Shown here: positions 39,567 through 62,409 of the stretch, piece after piece
Position numbering within the stretch: position 1 is the first letter of the stretch
Layout: every line of letters starts with the position of its first letter
Assembly: GCF_006345805.1 (NCBI RefSeq)
Contig: NW_021832716.1
Location: forward strand, 6,823-70,822
Direction: 5' to 3'
Length of the DNA stretch: 64,000 nucleotides
DNA from: Octopus sinensis
Lineage: Eukaryota
Translations under genes and position numbers: made by a program
The notes under the pieces: generated by a model
Seen by the model: the letters and a program-made list of their open reading frames with translations, nothing else
What the model was told of the DNA's origin: nothing
The model's database searches: none

Positions 39567-40721
39567 ATCTATCTATCTATCTATCTCCCTCTCTCTCTCT
39601 CTCACTCTTTTTCTTTCTTACTCCCTTTGTTTTCCTCTTTTACTCCGTCTCACCCTGTCTCTCTTTCTCGTTCTTACTCCCTCCCTCTTACTCTCATTAC
39701 TTTTACTCTCTCTCTCGCTTCATTGATGTTTTCTTCTCCACACATTGTGGGGTAAGAAGCTTGCTTCTCAATCACATGTTTCTGAGTTCACTCCTTGGGC
39801 AAGTGTCTTCTGCTGTCACCTCGGGTCGACCCGCAAGCCTTGTGAGTGGATTTATTCGACGGAAACTGAAAAGAAGCGTGTCGTGTGTGTGTGTGTGTTT
39901 ATGTCCATATGTGTGCATGTGTGTGTGTCCATATGTGTGTATGTGTGTGTGTCTTTGTGTCATTGTTTATCCCCCACCATTGCTTGACAACCGCTGTTGG
40001 TGTGTTTACGCTCCCCCCGTAACCTAGCGGTTAGACAAAAGAGATCGATAGAGCAAGTACCAGGCATAAAGGTGAAGTACTAAGGTCGATTCATTCGACT
40101 ATAGAAAATAAAAAAAAGATTCAAGTCGGTGCTCCAGTATGACCACAGTCTAATGACTGAAACAAGTAGAAGATAAAATATATCTTTTACTTGTTGCGGT
40201 CATTGGACTGTGGTCAGCCTTTACGCCTGGCATTCATTCTCATCACTTTTTACGGGTATGTAAACAAACGAACACCGGTTGCTAAGCTGTGGAGGACACA
40301 AAGACATGCATACAGACACAGGCACGCACACACAAACACACACACACATACACACACACACACATACACACAATATACGCCAGGCTTCCAAACAGTTTCC
40401 GTCTCTTAAATTCACCCACAAGGCATTGGGCGTCCCGGGGGGAAAGGGGCGAAGGCACTTGCCTAAAGTTCAACGCAGTGAGACTGAACCTGAAACATCG
40501 CGGATGCAAGCCGACCTTCTTAGCCACACAGCCATGCCTAACCCAATGTATGTGTGTGTGTGTGTGTGTGTGTGTGGTGCGCGCGTATGTGTGTGGATGT
40601 ATATATATATAAGATATATATATATATCTATATATATATATATAAAAAATATTAGGGAATAAATCCAAACTTACCAGGGAAAAATCAGATTTAGGATTGA
40701 ATCCAATTTTATAGTAAAATA

Positions 40722-41056
40722 TTATATTAAATTAGAGATAAAACCACTATTAGGCAAATCAAACAATGAAAAACTTAAGCCAATACATAAAATTAATTAA
40801 TTTATATTATTTATATAAATTTATTAATTTATATTATTTATATTATTAATTTATATTATTTTAAATATATATCAAAAGTATTAAAAGTTTAATAAAAGAT
40901 AATGAGTAAAATGAGTGTTTTACTCATTATCTTTTATTAAACTTTTTATAATTTTGATATATATTTAAAATAATATAAATTAATTAATTTTATGTATTGG
41001 CTTAAGTTTTTCATTGTTTGATTTGCCTAATAGTGGTTTTATCTCTAATTTAATAT
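40722..41056. repeat. AT-rich palindromic Penelope-type remnant, plus a second foldback at 41066-41186
   Basis: ATTAGAGATAAAACCACTATTAGGCAAATC arms, centre near 40913; the same motif occurs at 1430-1470, 3730-3780 and 61850-61900. Confidence 0.7.
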
Positions 41057-41300
41057 AATATATATATGGTAAAGTAAAAAAAAATTTCACTTTACCACAC
41101 ACCGAACTTTTCAGAAATAGCAGTTTTTCTGAACAGTTTTTATGAAAAAAGTCGGTGTGTGGGTAAGTGAATTTTTACTTTACCATATTTTTATAAATTA
41201 ATACTTCAAATACACCGTAAATGGTCTTTACATACCGAATACTGCTTGGTCGAATTTATTAACAAATAATTAATTCTACCCCCTTTTTTTTTTTGATGAC

Positions 41301-41333
<33 letters not shown>

Positions 41334-41780
41334 TTCAGGCGTAGGGTGGCTGTGTGTGGTAAGTAGCTGCTTACCAACCAAATGGTTCCGGGTTCAGTCC
41401 CACTGCGTGGCACCTTGGGCAAGTGTCTTCTACTAAGCTCGGGTCGGTCGACCAAAGCCTTGTGAGTGGATTTGGTAGATGGAAACTAAAAGAAGTCCGT
41501 CGTATATATGTATATATATATGTGTGTGTGTGTGTGTGCGTGTGTGTGTGATTGTGTGTGTGTTTGTCCCTCCAACATCGCTTGACAACCGATGCTGGTG
41601 TGTTTACGTCTCCGTAACTTAGAGGTTCGGCAAAAGACACCGATAGAATAAGTACCAGGCTTACAAAGAATAAGTCCTGGGGTCTATTTGCTCGACAAAA
41701 GGCGGTGCTCCAGCATGGCCACAGTCAAATGACTGAAACAAGTAAAAGAGTAAAAGAATAAAAGTTATATATATATATAA

Positions 41781-42124
41781 TATAAGCGGGATCAGCCATC
41801 TGAATGTGGCTAGGGACAGGGCGGGGTCGTGGTGGTGTTACTGATGCATTTAGCCCCAGGCGACTATCGACGTCACCAGAAGAGCCGACACCATCACGGT
41901 GTCCTTGCTAGCCTACAAAGGGAGATCAGCCTCACCGAAGATACGGATGCTACACACGGACCGGTTTCGAGGTATTTGCCTCTTGTCAGCGCATGGCAAG
42001 CACCGTTCTTCGCTCTTCTGCTCTTCTGGTGACGTCGATAGTCGCCTGGGGCTAAATGCATCAGTAACACCCCCACCACTCCGCCCTGTCCCTAGCCACA
42101 TTCAGATGGCTGATCCCGCTTATA
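41781..42124. mobile_element. MITE with about 105-bp TIRs inserted in (TA)n
   Basis: TATAAGCGGGATCAGCCATCTGAATGTGGCTAGGGACAGGGCG...GACGTCACCAGAAGAGC inverted at the other end; about 135-bp spacer. Confidence 0.85.
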
Positions 42125-42162
42125 TTATAGAGCAGTTACTGTTTATACCTCGCTCAGAGATT

Positions 42163-42259
<97 letters not shown>

Positions 42260-43294
42260 ATAATAAGGTTGTAAGGTACCGCACGAGTGGAATTATATAC
42301 GAAAGAAGGTTTTAAAATGCAATTTTAAAAGATATTTATTTACTTAACCGGTTTCACTCTTTAGAAAGAGATTGTCAAAAGTAACATGTAAAAGTTTAAA
42401 AAAAGTTTAACAAGTTCATTTAAAATATTGGGCACAAAAGATTACAACATAAATATACATTCTCAAGAAAATGTTAAAGATAGTTTCCAGAAGGAATTAT
42501 TAAAAAGTTCAGTGGAATATTGGTATACACGTACAGAATATTATGAGTTCAAAAAAGTTTACATTATAGTAGTAAGGAAACTCAAACCGACCAGGTCCAC
42601 CATGTTATCGTAAAAGACTATTTTCTATTTCAAGGGACACTGGGTGGTGGGAAGGAAGAGTAATGTGGAACTGAAAAGAATTTCTTTTTGTCTCTCCTTC
42701 AAGCATCAATGATTTGGGGGATTGGTCTTTAGAGGTCAGAATGGTGCGAGTGTGTGTGTCTTTGTGTGTGTGTATATACATATGTGGTGTGAATAGATGT
42801 GTCTGTGTGTTTGTAAAATTTGGTAGGATGGTGTGTGTATATGAGTGCCCGTTTGTCAACCGAGTGTGTGATTGTCTTGGTGTTGTGTATGTGTGTGTAT
42901 GTATGTGCGTGATTGGTATTTGTGTTTTGTGTTTGTTGGTATTCAGTATGTTTTCGTTTGCGTGTGTGTGTGTGTATGTGTGGGTATGGTTTATGTAGTT
43001 CTGTAGCTTCCGGGTGTGTGTGTGTATGCACGTCACGTGTGTGTGTTGCATTTGTGAGTGATTTGCTTTGTTTTTATTGTTAGTGCAATATTTGTGTATA
43101 TGCGTGTAGGGGTGTTTGTGTGGGTGTGTTTATGTGTCTTTTAATTGTCGGGGCGGTATGTGTCATTGTGTGTGTGTGTGTGGTGTGTGCATGCTTGTGT
43201 GTATGTATGTTTGTGGATGTTTGTTGTGGTTGTAATGTGCGTGACTATCCCACTCCTCATGAAATTCCAGGCCATGCGCCTTTAGTGGAAAAGG

Positions 43295-43362
<68 letters not shown>

Positions 43363-43779
43363 CTCAAGACTAATTTAGCCTCAGAGCTGGGTATCTCCAA
43401 TTCTTGCAATCATTAGAAATGGTTGGAAGGAATAATAAGGTGAGGGATTTTTTTTTACAGGAGGCCTAGAAGTTCTATCTTTGGTTGGTGGGCCTTAGAA
43501 TTGTACTAAATACGAAAAAAAATTCAGGTAAGAAATCACCCAAGTAGCATATGCAGGGGAGACAACAAATATTTCGTTAGAGTTATGTCCCTTGGACTAT
43601 GCCAAAAATGTTAAAAAAATTTCCGCCTGCATATAAGATGTTGTCATGTATTTTGGGTAGGAGGGAATGAGGTAACGAGATAGAACTAAGAGAGGGATGA
43701 GGGATGGGAGGAGAAGGATAAGGATGTTGAAGGAGGGATGGGGATGGTGGGAGGAGGTTAATTTATAAATTATATATGT

Positions 43780-44600
43780 ATAGGCGCAGGAGTGGCTGTG
43801 TGGTATGTAGCTTGCTAACCAACCACATGGTTCCGGGTTCAGTCCCACTGCGTGGCATCTTGGGCAAGTGTCTTCTGCTATAGCCCCGGGCCGACCAATG
43901 CCTTGTGAGTGGATTTGGTAGACGGAAACTGAAAGAAGCCTGTCGTATATATGTATATATATATATAAGTGTGTGTATATGTTTGTGTGTTTGTGTGTCT
44001 GTGTTTGTCCCCCTAGCATTGCTTGACAACCGATGCTGGTGTGTTTACGTCCCCGTCACTTAACGGTTCGGCAAAAGAGACCGATAGAATAAGTACCAGG
44101 CTTACAAAGAATAAGTCCCGGGGTCGATTTGCTCGACTAAAGGCGGTGCTCCAGCATGGCCGCAGTCAAATGACTGAAACAAGTAAAAGAGTAAAAGAGT
44201 AAAGAGTATATATAAGCGCAGGAGTGGCAGTGTGGTAAGTAGCTTGTTTACCAACCACATGGTTCCGGGTTCAGTCACACTGCGTGTCACCTTGAGCAAG
44301 TGTCTTCTACTATAGCCTCGGGCTGATCAATGCCTTGTGAGTGGATTTGGAAGACGGAAACTGAAAAGAAGCCCGTCGTATATATGTATATATATATATG
44401 TATGTGTGTATGTTTGTGTGTCTGTGTTTGTCCCCCTAGCATTGCTTGACAACCTATGCTGGTGTGTTTATGTCCCCGTAACGTAGCGGTTCGGCAAAAG
44501 AGACCGATAGAATAAGTACTGGGCTTACAAAAGAATAAGTCCTGGGGTCGAGTTGCTCGATTAAAGGTGGTGCTCCAGCATGGCCGCAGTCGAATGTCAG
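43780..44600 (+). mobile_element. Two tandem copies of tRNA-derived SINE family B (CORE-like); other copies at about 9125-9270, 9945-10150, 12500-12660, 13060-13200, 34280-34700, 39740-40165, 40180-40545, 41335-41760, 45610-45960, 54245-54575
   Basis: GGCGCAGGAGTGGCTGTGTGGTA..GGTTCAGTCCC head, CCTTGGGCAAGTGTC core, internal (TA)n(TG)n, AAAAGAGT tail. Confidence 0.87.
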
Positions 44601-46228
44601 TACGGCGGTTGTCGGTTTATTCTACCTTAAGCTTTCTCTTAAGTTATAATATTTATTTAGGCTTTCCTCTGAGTAAGGGAGAATATAATGATTTATCGTC
44701 ACTTATACTAAAGTGTTATCATCATATCTAAAACCCTAACTGCAGTTATAACGTCATATAGACATATACGCATGGAACGCTACATCAACGACCATGTATG
44801 TTGAATATTTTAATCGTGTCCTTTAAACCGCTATAAGAAACATAAATCAAAGATTACAGAAATGCATATGCTCAGTTGAAAAACAAACGTGAAGAGAAAC
44901 ATATTCTTTTTAATCATTTTTTATTATATTTCGTCCTTTCTTCTTTCTATCTAATACGTTAACCAACAAATCAAAATAGATTTGTGACTAACGTAGACAT
45001 GGCATAAAATTTACCGATGTCTCCAAAAGAGTGAGTGACGTGGAGTTGAGTGACTACCAAACGAACACTAAAGTCTCTCCCCAATTCCAGGGTTTTTATA
45101 ACTGCTCAACCTGACCAAAAAGAATCGAAATTCAGGACAAACATTCTTTTCGAAAATTCTAGAATCTTTATATGAGCAGTTATATTAACCAATGGGAAAA
45201 AAACGAAAATGATAATTCTTCGGCTAAGACATTACGTCATATTGCCAATTCGCACCACATTTCAAAATGGCTAAAATGGTTATTGCTACAACTGAAACAA
45301 GTAAAAGAGTAAAAGAGTATATGTGAATAGGCATACATGCATATGTATATACGGGTTTATATGTATCAAATTTGTGGAAGTCGGGGGGGGGGGTGCTATA
45401 GATATTAAATTTAATCTTCGCATTTCTCTGCCCCGACATATCCACCACCTTCATCGGTGTTTTCCTCTTGACTTACAGCAATGTGAAGAATCAGCATAAG
45501 ATTTGCCACGCCCACTTTTCATATATATGTATACATACACGCATAAATACACCCGCTACATATGTAGGAAATTAGACTGTGGCCTTGAAGAATTCTTTTT
45601 TTTTATCCGAGTCCTTACTTTTTTTAAAGTCCTGTACTTAATATATCGGTCTGTTTTGCTAAACCGTTAAATAATAGGAACATAAACAAGCCAACTCCGG
45701 TCGCCAAGCTGGTAGGGGCGGGGCTAACACAGACACAAAGATACACACACATACACAAACACACACAAAAACACGCAAACACACACAAACACACTCATAT
45801 ACGACGGGCTTCTTTCAGTTTCCGAAAACCAAATCCACTCACTAGACTTTAATCAGCCTATTGCTATAGTGAAAAAAAACTTACCCAAGGTGACACGTGG
45901 TGGGACTGAGCCCGAAGCCATATGCTTGGGAAGCAAACTTCCTACCACAGAGTTATGCCTGCACCTAACAAAAATAGGTAATGAATGTACATACATATTT
46001 CAAAAGTTATTGCTCTCTCATCAGTATCACATTCACATATCATTGAAATCTCAAAGCCACAAGATAATACATAACTAATTCAAAACAATGTGAATTAAAA
46101 AGCATTACATTTCACAGAGTAATCTCAATGCTAAGGAGTTAAAATGTTTCTTACCATTTTTGTTCTCCTTTTATAATGTTTTATATATTTATATTTTAGT
46201 TTCTAAAACTCAAGATATTGCAGTCGTG

Positions 46229-57252
<11,024 letters not shown>

Positions 57253-57258
57253 AATATA

Positions 57259-57298
<40 letters not shown>

Positions 57299-57333
57299 CT
57301 ATATACTTATATATATATATAATATATATATAT

Positions 57334-57790
57334 ATTAAATTACACCATCTAGAAAATTACATATAATAGAAAAGTTAAAATTAAAATAACAATAAAATGT
57401 AAAGATTAAGTAAATTGCAAAAATAATAATAAAAACGTATATAATAGGTTTTTATTATTATTTTTATTATTATTTTTGCAATTTACTTAATCTTTACATT
57501 AAGTAAATTGCAAAAATAATAATAAAAACGTATATAATAGGTTTTTATTATTATTTTTATTATTATTTTTGCAATTTACTTAATCTTTACATTTTATTGT
57601 TATTTTAATTTTAACTTTTCTATTATATGTAATTTTCTAGATGGTGTAATTTAATTGTTCATTTTGAATTAATAAAAAGTGGGGTTTTTTTCTAATTTTT
57701 TATATATATATTATATTGTGCGAATTTGATTTAGTATTTCTAAATTGAATTTTTTTCCTTGTAAGTTTGGATTTTATTCCCTCAAATAAT
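57334..57790. repeat. Penelope-associated terminal repeat with perfect inverted arms (57334-57655) just downstream of the THA1-like stop codon
   Basis: About 100-bp arms identical by eye, with a central ~92-bp tandem duplication; 57560-57700 resembles 60540-60670, 60850-60985 and 4590-4690. Confidence 0.75.
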
Positions 57791-57805
57791 AATTATATAT
57801 ATATA

Positions 57806-57895
<90 letters not shown>

Positions 57896-58060
57896 TTGGT
57901 GTGTGTAAATATATATATATATATATATATTATTATATATATCGTCTGTAAAAAAAACATAAATCGAAAGAAGCACACTCTAAGAATAAAGCAGTATACG
58001 TTAAAAACCGGCCTTTCCATTTTCTATATATATATATAATATATATATATACTATATATA

Positions 58061-58112
<52 letters not shown>

Positions 58113-58116
<4 letters not shown>

Positions 58117-60404
58117 AGAGGATACTTCAACCATACTCCAGACCCAATACACCAAAAATTCCGGATGAACTCCCAAAACACATAGACCCCAAAATAAAAA
58201 CTTATCTAAAAGAGAACTTGACGAATATGAAATGAACCTACTACTAAAAGGCCTCAAATTTACACCTACACCCACTCCAAACCTCATAGAACTTAAAAAC
58301 TGATATAGACAACGTCAGCCGCTACCTCCGCCTTATGGAATTCTTTGAAAATAAAAGAAAACAGAAGATAACTCAATCATAAGAAAAAAATCTCACTTCA
58401 CCCTTACAGGGAAGTGACAAACACCTTGACACATACATAGAGACAATATCCAAATTCCCTCTTCACACACACAAATGCAAACAGAATCTCCGCAGAGAAG
58501 AAAAACAAGCCCTACAAAAACTGAAAAATGACAAATCAATCGTTATAAAAGAAGCTGACAAAGGTGGAGCAATAGTAATTATGGACACAGATTACTACAA
58601 AGAAAAGATACTAGAGTTACTGAACAACCAGACATATTACAAAGAGGAACCAACACCACCGGAGAAAACAACGATAAGAAAAATTAGAACTTTAGTCAAT
58701 GAATATCAGGACTCCTTTACAGATAAGGAGGAAGACTATCTATGCAACTCACAAACCAAAGAAAGCAACTTTTATGGATTACCTAAAATTCATAAAAGCT
58801 CGGAAATACAGAGAGCATAAAGAACAGAGGAACCACTACATAAGAGTACAAGGCCTGCATACCTCACAATGAGACTAATAGTGGCAGGACCCCAGGCACC
58901 AACACAAAAACTAAGCCACTTCATAGATATACTCCTCAAACCTTTATGCCCACAGATTCCAAGCTACATAAGGGATGACATAGACTTCCTCACCACACAT
59001 TCAAATACAGTCCCGAAAAACACCATACTTGCAAGCTTTGATGTCACAAATCTATACACAAACATACCACACACCCTAGGTCTAGAAGCTATAAAACAAT
59101 CAATAGAAAAATACAGAGAACTTATAGACGAACGCTTCAAGACAAACTTTATCACCCAAGCCACCCAACTAATACTAGAAGAAAACACATTCTCATTCAA
59201 CAACAAGACATACCGACAGATAAAAGGCACGGCTATGGGTACAAAATTCGCACTTCATATGCCAACCTGGTGATGGGCTTCCTGGAGAAAAAACTATATG
59301 ACGAAATAGGGAAAGTCTTCGAACACGAGTTCAGAGAAGACATCAAGAAAAAGTGGAAACGCTACCTCGATGACTGTTTCATCTTTTGGAACAGATCAGA
59401 AGAGGACCTACAAATATTCCACAACATCCTCAATACGCTGCACCCATCTATCAACTTCACAATAGATACCAGCCACAACGAACTTCCCTTCCTAGACATC
59501 AACATCAAAATACACAACTCCATCGTCACAACAGACATCCACTACAAAAAAACTGACACACATCAATACTTAAATTTCCACTCCTGCCACCCATCCCACA
59601 CAAAAAGAAACATCCCATATAGTATGGCACGACGAATATGTAGCATAGTAATGATTCACAAATACAATTAATAAGACTAGATGAACTCAAAAGCTTCCTC
59701 CTATAGCAAAAATACCCCCTTAAACTAATAGAAAATGGAATCACAAGAGCATTAAACTAGACATCACACAACTCAGGACACCCAAAACAAAAAAAAAGAA
59801 AACACTATCCCTTTTATAAACACAACAACCTGGAGTTACACATCTTCCAAACCATCTTTCAAACCTACCAATAGCCTTACAAAGCCCCAAAATGAAAAAA
59901 TATTAAACAAATATAGCATAAAAAACAGTAGACGACAGACAAAAACCTAAAAAAACACCTAACAAGAGCGAATTCTCTTCAAAACTAAAACGGAATTCTT
60001 TGCAAAGAGTGCGGAAATGGTAGATTGGGACCTGCAGCAACCCCACCTACAAATACATAGAGAGCAACAGAGAGACAAGATTTAAAAATGGTGACATATT
60101 CAAAGTAAATGCAGATATGAACTGCAAGACGCAGAACGTCATATACTGCATAACCTGCCCCACGTGCAAGGAGAATTACGTAGGTGAAACTGGTAATTCT
60201 TTGTGCTAGCGAGCCAGGATCCACCGACAACATATTCGGCAGGAAGAACTACGCAAAATACCACTAAGCACACACCTAGCTACATGTGGAGAAGGAAAAT
60301 TTAAGATATTTCCCTTCTACAAGTGTCCGAAGAACGACACCTCCTTCAGGAGGAATATGGAAAAACATTTCATAGCTAAGTTCTCCCCCAAATTAAATGG
60401 CTGA
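58113..60404 (+). mobile_element. Penelope-like element body (RT plus GIY-YIG endonuclease), frameshifted
   Basis: NLSKRELD..LLKGLKFTPTP; FDVTNLYTNIPH; YRQIKGTAMG; RYLDDCF; NVIYCITCPTCKENYVGET; ends FSPKLNG*. Confidence 0.92.
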
Positions 60405-60409
60405 AACTT

Positions 60410-61000
60410 TACTCAACATACATTGAAGGACAAATTTTTCGATTTACAATATGATACAGTCGAACATTTAATATATGTGTGTATATATATAGGTGTGTGT
60501 GTGTGTGGTGTATGTTACCTGTTATATACATTATATTGTTTTTGCAATTTACTTGATCTTTACTTGCCAATTGTCATTCTAATTTTAACCTTCCTATGAT
60601 ATACAATTTTCAAGATGGTGTAACTTGATTGTTCATTTTGATTCGATAGAAGGTGGATTTTTCTCTAATATTTCATGTGTAAGCATGTATATATATATAT
60701 ATATAGTGACATTGAAGGACGCATCTTTCGATTTACAATCTAATATAGTAGAACATTTAGTATATGTCTGTATGTATATATATGTATATATATATATATA
60801 TATCTGTGTGTGTATAGATATGTGTATTGCCTGTTATATACATTATATTATATTATTATCTTTATAATTTACTTCCATCTTTACCTTTTAATTGTCACTT
60901 TAATTTTAACTTTCCTATGATATATAATTTTCAAGATGGTGTAATTTGGTTGTTCATTTTGAACCGATAAAAAGGTTTTTTTCAAATATTTTATGTATGA
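60410..61000 (+). repeat. Two diverged tandem copies of the Penelope 3' terminal repeat
   Basis: cattgaaggac...aagatggtgtaa.ttg.ttgttcattttga occurs at about 60420-60670 and 60710-60985. Confidence 0.7.
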
Positions 61001-61508
61001 GTCTCCGTGTGTATATATATATGTATTGGTATAAATATCAACACACAAAAATATTTTTTTCTTCTTCTCCACTTCCTCCCTTATTTTTATTTATTTATTA
61101 TTTATTTTTTTATATTTTATTTTTATTTTTTTATTTTTTTATTATTTTTTTATTTTTTATTTTTATTTTTATTTTTATTTTTATTTCTATTTTCCCTTTT
61201 CTCTTTTTTCTCTCTCTCCTTCTCCAAACACACAGAGACACACACACACACACGCACACAAAAACACACACGGACACACACACACACACACACCTCCACA
61301 AAACGATCATAGAAAGTGTGACCCCAAATGACATTTGTCCGGCCAGCCTACGCACAACACACACTCAGTGACACGAGACTGGACAGAGAGCAGAGCCAAA
61401 ATTCTTAGAAAACCACAGGAGGTCCAGCAGGCCAAGAAGAAATAATACTTCTTCTTCCCTCTCAGATACAAACGCGCACACACACACACACACACACACA
61501 TACACACA

Positions 61509-61552
<44 letters not shown>

Positions 61553-61935
61553 TACACATGCACACATGTTTTCTCTGTCTCACTTCCTCCTCACCCTTTT
61601 ATACTGTCTTATTCCTCCCCACTACTACGAAACTATAAAATGTTCAAATTCCCCACAAAGGAATTGATTTGATTTGAAAACCCCACTGGATTGGGAGAAA
61701 GCGCTAATAATCCGAATGATATGATCTGAATGATATGATGTATATGTAAAAAATGTAATATATAAATAAATATCTATAAATATGAACCATCCGATCTGAT
61801 TACCTCATTTTTCTAATATATATATATATATAATATATATATAAAATATTATTAGAGACAAAACCACTATTTTGCAAAACAAACAAGGAAAGACTTAATC
61901 AATACATAAAATTTTAATAAATAGTCAAAAAACCG

Positions 61936-61978
61936 CCACTACAATTGTTTCTTGTCTTGATCGACAATCTTCAGGTGG
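61936..61978 (-). ncRNA. Minimal type I hammerhead ribozyme motif in a Penelope-type terminal repeat
   Basis: Minus strand CCAC CTGAAGA TTGTC GATCAA GACAA GAAAC AATT GT A GTGG: stems I, II, III and the full catalytic core, GUA site. Confidence 0.8.
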
Positions 61979-62409
61979 ACTTCAATCTAAAATATCAATA
62001 TTTTAAAATATAAAATTAATAATTTTTAAAATAATTAAAGTATGAATGAAAAAATATAATATATAATCCATATATAACCTATATATAATCCATATATATC
62101 AATATATAAACAATATATAAACTAAAATAAACCTATCAACATTAAATATAAAATATAAATATTAAAATATAAAACAAAACAAAAAAATAATAATAATATA
62201 ATAATAAACTATATATACACCCATACACAATACCTAATTATATATAACCATATCTAACTACATACACTAAATCACACACCTATATATATATCCCTATACA
62301 TACACATAAAAACGTCTAGGCAACTATAAATAAATAAAATAGCTAAATACTTCAACACAATACTTATTCATACTCCCACACACACACACATACAACCCAC
62401 ATTCACGCT

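Noticed and set aside
45017-45036. ATGTCTCCAAAAGA|gtgagt as an upstream coding exon
   Set aside because: Good donor, but phase 2; splicing to 46200 gives GAT TTC TAA. It could still be a UTR exon, but there is no support.
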